Of a DNA stretch of 64,000 nt, positions 9,620-18,675 are shown one piece after another; the stretch's first letter is position 1, and every line of letters begins with the position of its first letter. A program made the translations under genes and the position numbers. The notes below the pieces were generated by a model that was given only the letters and a program-made list of their open reading frames with translations, made no database searches and had not been told where the DNA came from. Source of the DNA: Oceanispirochaeta sp. (lineage in GTDB: Bacteria; Spirochaetota; Spirochaetia; DSM-2461); the NCBI GenBank assembly GCA_963663385.2, contig CAXXXD010000001.1, positions 160,001-224,000 of the forward strand. The letters are read 5' to 3'.

Positions 9620-10114
9620 TTATTCCTGTATATACTGCCGGGAGACATCCACAAGGGCATTACCGGACAGAAGGTTCCTCCCAATAAGAACGGGATAGGT
9701 CATGCTCCGTCTGTCCGCCAGAGAGAATTCCCCTTTCAGTTCCAGCTCACCCAGCACTGTGTCCAGAAGGACGATGTAACGGTTCTGTATTTCTGATCTG
9801 TTTCCCTGCCGTACAGCGACAACACGCTCTACCGGGAGCTCCAGAATGATATCCTCTGTATCCAGAGCGTTAGCCATATTAAAACAGACCCAGAGGCTCC
9901 CGTCTTTTTCAACTTCTGTGATATCGTAGGCATTCAAAGATGACAGGGCAGCCCCTGTATCCATCCGTGCCCTCATCCAGCGGCCGGGAGGATCAATAAA
10001 AACCATTTCCACTTCGCCAAGGATAACTGAAATGCCCCCATCCTCATCAGTTTCAGAGAAGAGAGGCAGGCTGAAAAACAGCAATATACAGAACCACACA
10101 GTTTTCATATACAT
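9620..10114 (-). CDS. exported retropepsin-like protease ('ATP-dependent Zn protease'/RimB family)
   Basis: Signal peptide; ARMDTGA..SSL, EFSLADR..M.YPVLIGRN.L...LVDVS. Confidence 0.8.
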   Translation of the reverse strand: MYMKTVWFCILLFFSLPLFSETDEDGGISVILGEVEMVFIDPPGRWMRARMDTGAALSSLNAYDITEVEKDGSLWVCFNMANALDTEDIILELPVERVVAVRQGNRSEIQNRYIVLLDTVLGELELKGEFSLADRRSMTYPVLIGRNLLSGNALVDVSRQYIQE

Positions 10115-10127
10115 ATTATACACCCTG

Positions 10128-11870
10128 TCAGAATTCCGTAAACTCCTCATCATCCTCATCAGAGTGATAGGAAGGTTCAAGAACATCCCCTGACGTAAGA
10201 GCAGGTCCGGATCCCTTACGGCCGGTTCCGACAGGAGGTGTTTTCACCCGGACCGGAGATGGCCTGGAATGATCTTCCAGAGTTCTGACAGGCTTTACGA
10301 CTTTTTTCTGAGGTGCCGGTCTTTCCCCGATATGAAAGAAGCTCACAAGGTCGTCCAGCTCATCCGATTTATTCTTAAGCTCTTCGGACATGGCCGCTAT
10401 CTGTTCGCTGGAAGAAGCGTTTGCCTGGATAACCTGATCCATCTGCAGGAGAGCCATATTGATCTGCTCGGCCCCCTTTGCCTGTTCATTGCTGCCTTCC
10501 ATAATCTCTTCCGCGATTTCAGCCGATTTCTGAATGGCCGGAACCATATTTCGCATCAGCTCCCGGGTTTCGTCTGCTTTCCTGACGCTCTTGCCGGATA
10601 TCTGCGTAATATCGTTGGCGGCAATCTGACTGTTTTCCGCCAGCTTCCTTACTTCGGAGGCAACAACGGCAAACCCCTTGCCGGCGTCCCCGGCCCGGGC
10701 CGCTTCAATAGCCGCATTCAGGGCAAGCAGGTTTGTATTCCGGGCGATTTCCTCAATAATGCCGATCTTCTCGGAGATGGTTTTCATGGAATCAACTGTC
10801 TCTTCCACGGCCTGACCGCCCACGCCGGCATCCCTGGCCGCCTGGCTGACTATCGTATTGGACTGACGGGAGTTATCCGTATTCATCTGGATATTGGAGG
10901 AAAGCTCCTCCATGGAGGCGGATATTTCCTCCGCACTGGAGGCCTGTTCGCTGGCGCCTGAAGCTACCTGCTGGGATGCGCTGGCCACTTCATTGGCATT
11001 CTGTTTTATCAGCTGCGCCGCCTCAACGATTCCCTTGACGATGAATTTCAGCCGTTCTATCATATCGGAGAACGCCTCGGCCAGATCTCCCGTTTCATCA
11101 TGGGATAAAACCTGCAGTTCTACCGTAAGGTCGCCCTCTGCAATTTTCCGGGCTTCCCCGGCCAGATATTCCACAGGACGGGAAATCCTCTTACCCATAA
11201 ACCAGGAGAGGATCAGGGAAAGGAGGACCACAAAGATATCCAGACCGACTATAAACAGGACAGTATTGAAGATACGTTTATCCAGGATTATCTGCTCCCT
11301 GTTAATCAAAGCATCGATATCATCGATGTAATTCCCGGTCCCGACAATCCAGTCCCAGGAAGCGAAATACTGATTGTAGGATCGTTTGGGGGAGGCCTCC
11401 GTTTCTCCCGGCTTGGGATAATAGTAAGTTGTAAAACCAGTACCATCTTTAGCAGCCTTTACTAAATCCCTGATTATATAAGTTCCATAAGCATCCTGCA
11501 GATCCCAGCGGTTGGTTCCTTCCAAGTCATTACCCATCATTGCAATTGTTTCACCGTTAGAATCGTAAACAAAAATATAGCCGCTCTCCCCGTAACGCAT
11601 AGCCCGGATATATTCCCGAGCCTCTTCTTTAGCCGCCGCTTCTCCAATTACATCCTTTCTTACATAGGCATTCTCAATAATAGTAAGAGCCGACTCAACC
11701 TGACTTTTTGCCAGACGGTCAAAATCTTCCCGGAGTTTGGTATCCAGAGTATTGATATTTTCATCCCCAAGCTGTTTCAATGCCAGAACAGAAAAAATAC
11801 CCATGGCAGCTCCTAAAGTGATCAGACAGACAAGGATCATGCTCATAATCTTCAGATGGATCTTCTTCAT
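10128..11870 (-). CDS. methyl-accepting chemotaxis protein (single Cache, HAMP) with C-terminal pentapeptide EFTEF
   Basis: Two TM segments, Cache motifs ([17 protein letters not shown]), [25 protein letters not shown] before ATG 11870. Confidence 0.95.
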   Translation of the reverse strand: MKKIHLKIMSMILVCLITLGAAMGIFSVLALKQLGDENINTLDTKLREDFDRLAKSQVESALTIIENAYVRKDVIGEAAAKEEAREYIRAMRYGESGYIFVYDSNGETIAMMGNDLEGTNRWDLQDAYGTYIIRDLVKAAKDGTGFTTYYYPKPGETEASPKRSYNQYFASWDWIVGTGNYIDDIDALINREQIILDKRIFNTVLFIVGLDIFVVLLSLILSWFMGKRISRPVEYLAGEARKIAEGDLTVELQVLSHDETGDLAEAFSDMIERLKFIVKGIVEAAQLIKQNANEVASASQQVASGASEQASSAEEISASMEELSSNIQMNTDNSRQSNTIVSQAARDAGVGGQAVEETVDSMKTISEKIGIIEEIARNTNLLALNAAIEAARAGDAGKGFAVVASEVRKLAENSQIAANDITQISGKSVRKADETRELMRNMVPAIQKSAEIAEEIMEGSNEQAKGAEQINMALLQMDQVIQANASSSEQIAAMSEELKNKSDELDDLVSFFHIGERPAPQKKVVKPVRTLEDHSRPSPVRVKTPPVGTGRKGSGPALTSGDVLEPSYHSDEDDEEFTEF

Positions 11871-13086
11871 ACATCCCTCCATTATTAATTATTGTTCTTC
11901 AAAGAAAACAAAAAGCTCATATTGCCGAAGAACTTTCTACAACTTAACTAATAATTAGATTGTATTTACTTTTAGATCCAAATATCTAATTGTTTTGCAC
12001 GAACACATTAAAATCCTATAATTGAAACAAATAAGCATCACAAATTCATCAGAATTCCGAAAAATCCTCATCATCAGAATGATCTTCCAAGGTTTTCACA
12101 GGCTTTACAGTTCTTTTCTGCAGCGCCGGACTTTCCCCGATATGAAAGAAGCTCACAAGGTCGTCCAGCTCATCCGATTTATTCTTAAGCTCTTCGGACA
12201 TGGCCGCTATCTGTTCGCTGGAAGAAGCGTTTGCCTGGATAACCTGATCCATCTGCAGGAGAGCCATATTGATCTGCTCGGCCCCCTTTGCCTGTTCATT
12301 GCTGCCTTCCATAATCTCTTCCGCGATTTCAGCCGATTTCTGAATGGCCGGAACCATATTTCGCATCAGCTCCCGGGTTTCGTCTGCTTTCCTGACGCTC
12401 TTGCCGGATATCTGCGTAATATCGTTGGCGGCAATCTGACTGTTTTCCGCCAGCTTCCTTACTTCGGAGGCAACAACGGCAAACCCCTTGCCGGCGTCCC
12501 CGGCCCGGGCCGCTTCAATAGCCGCATTCAGGGCAAGCAGGTTTGTATTCCGGGCGATTTCCTCAATAATGCCGATCTTCTCGGAGATGGTTTTCATGGA
12601 ATCAACTGTCTCTTCCACGGCCTGACCGCCCACGCCGGCATCCCTGGCCGCCTGGCTGACTATCGTATTGGACTGACGGGAGTTATCCGTATTCATCTGG
12701 ATATTGGCGGAAAGCTCCTCCATGGAGGCGGATATTTCCTCCGCACTGGAGGCCTGTTCGCTGGCGCCTGAAGCTACCTGCTGGGATGCGCTGGCCACTT
12801 CATTGGCATTCTGTTTTATCAGCTGCGCCGCCTCAACGATTCCCTTGACGATGAATTTCAGCCGTTCTATCATATCGGAGAACGCCTCGGCCAGATCTCC
12901 CGTTTCATCATGGGATAAAACCTGCAGTTCTACCGTAAGGTCGCCCTCTGCGATTTTCCGGGCCTCCCCGGCCAGATATTCCACAGGACGGGAAATCCTC
13001 TTACCCATAAACCAGGAGAGGATCAGGGAAAGGAGGACCACAAAGATATCCAGACCGACTATAAACAGGACAGTATTGAAGATACG
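10321..13086. repeat. direct repeat of about 950 bp (10321-11276 vs 12131-13086) within the two MCP genes
   Basis: Manual alignment at offset 1810 shows only about three substitutions. Confidence 0.9.
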
Positions 13087-13680
13087 GTTATTCAGGATTA
13101 TCTGCTCCCGGTTAATCAGAGCATCAATATCATCAATGTAATTCCCGGTCCCGACGATCCAGTCCCAGGGGGCAAAGTACCCATTATAGGCTCTTTTGGG
13201 AGAGGCGTCCTCTTCTCCCGGTTTGGGATAGTAGTAAGTGGTAAATCCTGTACCATCCTTTGCGGCTTTGATCAGATCCTGTATCAGATAGGTCCCATAG
13301 GTATCCTGCAGATCCCAGCGGTTGGTCCCTTCCGCCTCGCCGCCCAGCAAAACTAGAGTATCACCTTCAGAATCATAAACAAAAATATACCCGCTGTCCC
13401 CGTAGCGTATGGCACGTATATAATCCATGGCTTCTTCCATGGCTGCCGTTTCGCCAATTCCATCACTTCTGGCGTAAGCCATTTCTATTACGGTAAGAGC
13501 CGCCTCAACCTGACTCTGGGCCAAACGGTCAAAGTCCTCCCGGAGTTTGGTATCCAGGGTTTTGATATTCTCATCCCCAAGCTGCCCCAGTGCCAGGACA
13601 GAAAAAATCCCCATAATAACTCCTAACGAAATCAGACAGAGAAGTACCAGACCCATAATTCTCAAATGTATTTTTTTCAT
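12049..13680 (-). CDS. methyl-accepting chemotaxis protein, tandem paralog, pentapeptide DFSEF
   Basis: Same architecture; signalling region almost identical to the previous gene. Confidence 0.95.
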   Translation of the reverse strand: MKKIHLRIMGLVLLCLISLGVIMGIFSVLALGQLGDENIKTLDTKLREDFDRLAQSQVEAALTVIEMAYARSDGIGETAAMEEAMDYIRAIRYGDSGYIFVYDSEGDTLVLLGGEAEGTNRWDLQDTYGTYLIQDLIKAAKDGTGFTTYYYPKPGEEDASPKRAYNGYFAPWDWIVGTGNYIDDIDALINREQIILNNRIFNTVLFIVGLDIFVVLLSLILSWFMGKRISRPVEYLAGEARKIAEGDLTVELQVLSHDETGDLAEAFSDMIERLKFIVKGIVEAAQLIKQNANEVASASQQVASGASEQASSAEEISASMEELSANIQMNTDNSRQSNTIVSQAARDAGVGGQAVEETVDSMKTISEKIGIIEEIARNTNLLALNAAIEAARAGDAGKGFAVVASEVRKLAENSQIAANDITQISGKSVRKADETRELMRNMVPAIQKSAEIAEEIMEGSNEQAKGAEQINMALLQMDQVIQANASSSEQIAAMSEELKNKSDELDDLVSFFHIGESPALQKRTVKPVKTLEDHSDDEDFSEF

Positions 13681-13982
13681 AGATCCTCCAGTTTTTTATC
13701 CGTCACGAGTTTAGAAGTAATAAATTCTCGGCTATCCTGTAAATAAAAGCAAGTTACAGTAATTCAGAGCTATATATAATCCGCTTTTAATTCCGGGATG
13801 CCCTGGAGTAAGACCGACAGAATTATTTCACTTGATTAGATAGGCTCTTATCTTAATAGTGATACCAGACCCCACCCGAAGCCTGCACTGACGAAAAAGG
13901 TCACTATATAGGGCTCCATATCGGCATCCTTCATGAGATAAAGTCTCTTACAGGTTATGATTTTACTTTCAGAAATTTTGAA

Positions 13983-14330
13983 ATATATAAGGAAATGCTC
14001 CATTCCCCCGGCTATGGAGTGGTAGCGGTTCAAACCGGAGAGGATGCCATTCGCAGGTACAGAGAATAATTGGATACAGGAACTCTGTTTGACCTGCTGA
14101 TTACGGATTTAACCATCCCGGGCGAAACGGGAGGAGCCGATGTGGCGAAAAAAATCCTGACGATCCATCCTGCTGCCAGGATTATCATCTCCAGCGGCTA
14201 TTCCTCCGATACCACAATGGCGGATTTCAGGGGGCATGGATTCAAAGGGATCATCGCCAAACCGTTCAATCTGAAAGATCTGGCTCATACCGTACAGGAA
14301 GCTCTGAAACATTCTGAAAATGCGGATTGA
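13983..14330 (+). pseudogene. truncated receiver domain (hybrid-kinase C-terminal type) with in-frame stop
   Basis: EMLHSPGYGVVAVQTGEDAIRRYRE*LDTG..FDLLITDLTIPG..SSGYS..AKPF; TAA at 14067-14069; N-terminal acidic pocket missing. Confidence 0.8.
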
Positions 14331-14362
14331 CAGCCTGGCCCCTGTCAAGGAAAATAGCAGAT

Positions 14363-14893
14363 ATGAAATATACCATTGAGAAATTAATTAACGAAGAACA
14401 ACTGGCTGAAAAAGTTGAAGAACTGGGAAAGACCATCGAGAAAGAGTATGCTCCGGAAGATGAAATTCTTCTGGTAGGCCTTTTGAGGGGGTCCACAGTG
14501 TTCCTCTCCGACCTGGCCCGCCATATAGATCTGGACGCCCGGTTTGATTTTATGGTTGTATCCAGCTATGGAAACTCAATGGACTCGACACGTGATGTTA
14601 AAATCAAAAAAGATCTGGAAGAAGAAATTCACGGACGCCATGTCATTATTGTGGAAGATATTATTGATACAGGGTATACCCTGCAGAAGGTAAAGGAAAT
14701 TCTGGAGCTCCGCAATCCGGCGTCCCTTAAAATATGCACCCTCCTGGACAAGCCGGACCGGCGGGAAGTGGAAGTTCATGTGGATTTTGTGGGATTTACC
14801 ATTCCCGATGTATTTGTTATCGGATACGGGATAGACTATGCCCAGAAACACCGGAACCTGCCCTATGTGGGAAAGGTTACCATAGAGGAATAA
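14363..14893 (+). CDS. hpt: hypoxanthine phosphoribosyltransferase
   Basis: [38 protein letters not shown]. Confidence 0.97.
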   Translation: MKYTIEKLINEEQLAEKVEELGKTIEKEYAPEDEILLVGLLRGSTVFLSDLARHIDLDARFDFMVVSSYGNSMDSTRDVKIKKDLEEEIHGRHVIIVEDIIDTGYTLQKVKEILELRNPASLKICTLLDKPDRREVEVHVDFVGFTIPDVFVIGYGIDYAQKHRNLPYVGKVTIEE

Positions 14894-14988
14894 GCTCTTC
14901 CTGTAACCGCCGTTTTTGAAATACCTTCCCATTTCCCTTATAATTCAATAGGAGGGAGGGGATATATATCCTCATAGGGAGGTGCAAA

Positions 14989-16551
14989 ATGGCAAAGATA
15001 AAAAATAAGATCGCACTCCTCGTTTCCGTATTCCTTATATTCCTTACATTAGTGATCACTGCCCTTTCCATTATGTCCATCAGTCGGATAGGGAATCAGA
15101 ATCTGACACAACTGGACACGGAGCTGCGAAAAGACTTTGATCGAATGGCCCGTTATCAGGTGGAACAGGCCGTTTCCATGCTGGAAGTGTTTTATAATCA
15201 GGCGGAAGGTGCTGATATAACTGCAGTCAAAGAGGAGGCCGCGAAATTTCTGCGGGAACTCAGGTACGGAGAGGATGGTTATTTCTGGGCGGATACCCTG
15301 GATGGAACAACCGTTGTATTCATGGGGAATGAACAGGAAGGACAAAACCGCTGGAATGCGGAAGACGCCCTCGGCAACAGGTATATCCAGGATTTCAATA
15401 AACTGGGTGCCAGGGGAGGATTCACAAATTACTGGTTTCCCCGGCCTGGAGAACAGGAGGCCTCTCCCAAAAGGTCCTATACGATTTTATACGAACCATT
15501 CGGCTGGGTTCTTGGTACAGGTAACTACACAGATGATATAGATAAAATGATACAGACAGAAAGCCTCGCCATCAGGAAAGGAATTCAGAACAGTATCATT
15601 ATCATGTTAACAGTGAGTACGACTGTTCTGATATTAGCCATTCTGATTGCCCTTTATATGGGACAGAAAATTGCGGTCCCCATAACCCGGATTACCAGGG
15701 ATGCCAAGAAGGTTGCCGAGGGGGATCTCGACATCAAACTGGTCAGGCAGACAGGCGACGAAACCGGCCTGCTGGCGGAATCCTTCAATCAAATGATTGA
15801 ACAGCTTCAGGAGGTTGTCCTGTCGGTTCAGCACTCTGCCGATCTGATTTCCAACAATTCCGGGGAAATTACAAAATCCTCCCAGGCCGTTGCGACAGGC
15901 GCCAATGCTCAGGCTTCGGGAGCCGAAGAGATATCTGCCTCGATGCAGCAGCTTGTATCCAATATACAGATGAACGCCGAGAATGCCCGGAAATCCAACA
16001 CTATGACAAAAGATGCGGCAGATAATGCGGTTATCGGAGGAAAATCGGTACAGGAAACCGTAACGGCCATGCAGTCGATAACAGAAAAAATATACATAAT
16101 CGAGGAGATTGCCCGGAACACAAATCTTCTGGCTCTGAATGCGGCGATAGAAGCGGCGCGGGCCGGAGAGACAGGGAAAGGGTTTGCTGTAGTTGCTTCG
16201 GAAGTAAGGAAACTGGCGGAAAGAAGCCAGGAAGCGGCCAGAGAGATAACGGAGATAGCCCGGAGCAGCCTTTCTACCGCCGAGGAATCCGGAGAATTGA
16301 TCAATACGATGGTACCGAAAATCCAGGGCAGCTCCGATATGATTGAAGAGATTTATTCTTCAAGCGAAGAGCAGTATAAAGGAGCGGAACAGGTAAATGC
16401 AGCCCTCCTGCAAATGGACTCCGTAATTCAGACCAACGCCTCTTCCAGCGATAAAATTGCAGAGATGTCCCGGGAGCTGCTTGAACAGTCCAAAGCCCTC
16501 TATGATGCCATCAACTACTTCCATATGGGAGAGACCGAGGAATCCGAATAA
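14989..16551 (+). CDS. methyl-accepting chemotaxis protein (single Cache), no pentapeptide
   Basis: [34 protein letters not shown]. Confidence 0.95.
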   Translation: MAKIKNKIALLVSVFLIFLTLVITALSIMSISRIGNQNLTQLDTELRKDFDRMARYQVEQAVSMLEVFYNQAEGADITAVKEEAAKFLRELRYGEDGYFWADTLDGTTVVFMGNEQEGQNRWNAEDALGNRYIQDFNKLGARGGFTNYWFPRPGEQEASPKRSYTILYEPFGWVLGTGNYTDDIDKMIQTESLAIRKGIQNSIIIMLTVSTTVLILAILIALYMGQKIAVPITRITRDAKKVAEGDLDIKLVRQTGDETGLLAESFNQMIEQLQEVVLSVQHSADLISNNSGEITKSSQAVATGANAQASGAEEISASMQQLVSNIQMNAENARKSNTMTKDAADNAVIGGKSVQETVTAMQSITEKIYIIEEIARNTNLLALNAAIEAARAGETGKGFAVVASEVRKLAERSQEAAREITEIARSSLSTAEESGELINTMVPKIQGSSDMIEEIYSSSEEQYKGAEQVNAALLQMDSVIQTNASSSDKIAEMSRELLEQSKALYDAINYFHMGETEESE

Positions 16552-16756
16552 TCTCTTATACTCTTATATAAGAATCCCCGTCCCGGGGGAAGGAGTATTC
16601 CTGTTAGGCAGGGTCGTCGCTTTCAGCAATATTATAATTTAATTATAACAAAGCAGGCTCCGGGAGATATTCCCCTTTTTCCGAATAAAAAAGTAACAGA
16701 ATTCTTCCCCTCTTTTGTTCAAATAGTATAAATCGAGAACACATGAGGTGAAGCAA

Positions 16757-17371
16757 ATGGGAAAAAAACACCTGGTCCTGACCCTTTTAACTACAGCTCT
16801 GGCATTTAATCTGTCCGCCCATGTGGAAACACGTCTGGCGGGAGAACAGACATGGGAGTGGAATTCCGGAAAATCACATATCAGGGATATCGAAGAAGAG
16901 GATCTGAGCCTGGGAGGCATACAGTTAGAAATTTTAGGGCAGAATCTCGGCTATGGATTCGATGCGCTTGTGGATTTCCGGCAGGATCCGCTGGAACGAT
17001 GGTATTTTGACTGGCAGGGGCAGCTGTTTTTACGGTATCATCTATTCGGGACAGACGGGTTTCTGGACCCCTTTTTTGAAGCCGGTTACGGAAATGCCGG
17101 ATCAGTTCTTCTGGAAGAGGAAGAGGATAAAGAGTTGAAGCTTTCCCTCTACCCATCCTTCAGCGCCGGATTGAATCTGTTATTTCATGAAGGGTTGTTC
17201 GTCGGGAGCCGGTTGAGCTACCGCCCTATCAATAAAGGGATACCCGCAGCCGATATAGAAACTGTTGCCCTGCAAAGATACCAGGCCTCCCTCTATTTGG
17301 GGATATCCCTGGGAGATTGTCATAATAAGAGAAGAGATGATTATTTTGACCGGTACTTTGAGCGGTATTAG
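16757..17371 (+). CDS. exported, probable outer-membrane beta-barrel hypothetical protein
   Basis: Signal peptide, alternating aromatic/Gly beta-strands (DPFFEAGYG, YLGISLG); GAGG RBS. Confidence 0.6.
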   Translation: MGKKHLVLTLLTTALAFNLSAHVETRLAGEQTWEWNSGKSHIRDIEEEDLSLGGIQLEILGQNLGYGFDALVDFRQDPLERWYFDWQGQLFLRYHLFGTDGFLDPFFEAGYGNAGSVLLEEEEDKELKLSLYPSFSAGLNLLFHEGLFVGSRLSYRPINKGIPAADIETVALQRYQASLYLGISLGDCHNKRRDDYFDRYFERY

Positions 17372-17382
17372 GAGGCGGAAAA

Positions 17383-17862
17383 CTGGCTGTTGATATTGAA
17401 GATTTATATACGAAATACGGCCCGATGGTACTCAGGAGATGCAGACAACTCCTGAAGGATGAGGAGCGGTCTCTGGATGCCATGCAGGATGTATTTGTGA
17501 AGGTTCTGGATAAAAAACACAGTATAACCGCGGCCTACCCGTCCAGCCTTCTCTACACTATTGCGACTAACCACTGCCTGAATGTGATCAGGAAAGAGAA
17601 GAGGATAAACTCTGACAATGAAATTCTGGACAGAATAGTCAGTACGGAAGTTCTGGAAGACCAGGCTGTAAACCGCCTGTTTCTTGATCAGCTCTTCAGC
17701 GAACAGAAACCTTCCACCAGAACTATTGCGGTCCTTCACTATATGGACGGCCTGACCCTGGAAGAGACCGCTGAAATGAGCGGAATGTCCGTATCAGGGG
17801 TCAGAAGAAGACTGCGGAAGCTCCGGGAAGCCGGACTCTGCCTTGAAGGGAGTGCCCTATGA
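17383..17862 (+). CDS. ECF RNA polymerase sigma factor (probable CTG start)
   Basis: Region 2 (DAMQDVFVKV, LYTIATNHCLN) and region 4 (LTLEETAEMSGMSVSGVRRRL); AGGAGG 7 nt before in-frame CTG 17383. Confidence 0.9.
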   Translation: MAVDIEDLYTKYGPMVLRRCRQLLKDEERSLDAMQDVFVKVLDKKHSITAAYPSSLLYTIATNHCLNVIRKEKRINSDNEILDRIVSTEVLEDQAVNRLFLDQLFSEQKPSTRTIAVLHYMDGLTLEETAEMSGMSVSGVRRRLRKLREAGLCLEGSAL

Positions 17863-18671
17863 AAAAAAATAATACCATAAAAGCAGAACTATACCATCTG
17901 GGAGAACTGCCGCCCGCCTGGGAGAAAGATCTGGAACTGGAATCCCTGCAGGCAGATCTTGAAAAGCTGGACGATTCTGACAGGGCCATACTGGAAAAAT
18001 ACAAACCGGCGGATATGGCCCGACAGATCCGGAACAGGATGGAAAGCAATCCCCGAAAAGAGAGTCATGAAATTCCCTTCAGGAAACCAGCCGCCAGAAG
18101 CAGAATGACGATACTTATACCGGCGGCAGCCATGATCCTGTTCGGACTCCTCCTGCCGACCATGATTCTAAGAAACAACAGTGTGGGAGAGGGTCAGGAA
18201 ATCACAAGGGTAAAAGGAGTGGAGGATCCTCAGCTGAAAGTCTACAGAAAGCTTGAAACGGAATCGGAAAAGCTGACAGAAAACAGCGTTGCTTCCGAGT
18301 CGGATCTGATTCAATTGGGATACAGAGTCAGCAGCAGGCTTTACGGCATCATCATATCCATTGACGGAAAAGGTGTTGTTACCCGTCACTTTCCGGAAGA
18401 GGAGAATACGGCTGTACTGCTGAAGACAGGGGGAGAACAGCTGTTGCCCTTCTCCTACGAACTGGATGATGCACCCGGTTTTGAAACATTTTATCTGATA
18501 ACCTCGGAAGAACCCTTTTCTGCAGAGAGAATAGTCGATACTGTAGCAGGGGCTGCCCGGAGAAACGAAATACTCCTGAATATCCCCGAAATTCTTGAGA
18601 AGAATAATAGTACTGAAGAACTCGGCAGTAAAATTCTGCAAACGGCAGTACCTGTTAAAAAAGAGGATTAA
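17859..18671 (+). CDS. putative anti-sigma factor (ActD-like): cytoplasmic N-terminus, one TM, extracytoplasmic DUF4384-like domain
   Basis: ATGA overlap with sigma gene; ELYHLGEL, TM ILIPAAAMILFGLLLP, RVKG, LPFSYELDDAPGFE.F. Confidence 0.7.
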   Translation: MKKNNTIKAELYHLGELPPAWEKDLELESLQADLEKLDDSDRAILEKYKPADMARQIRNRMESNPRKESHEIPFRKPAARSRMTILIPAAAMILFGLLLPTMILRNNSVGEGQEITRVKGVEDPQLKVYRKLETESEKLTENSVASESDLIQLGYRVSSRLYGIIISIDGKGVVTRHFPEEENTAVLLKTGGEQLLPFSYELDDAPGFETFYLITSEEPFSAERIVDTVAGAARRNEILLNIPEILEKNNSTEELGSKILQTAVPVKKED

Positions 18672-18675
18672 AACT

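Noticed and set aside
10269..13141. Long + strand ORFs (10269-10961, 10894-11331, 12022-12771, 12704-13141)
   Set aside because: Antisense shadows of the MCP genes, duplicated only because the MCPs are.
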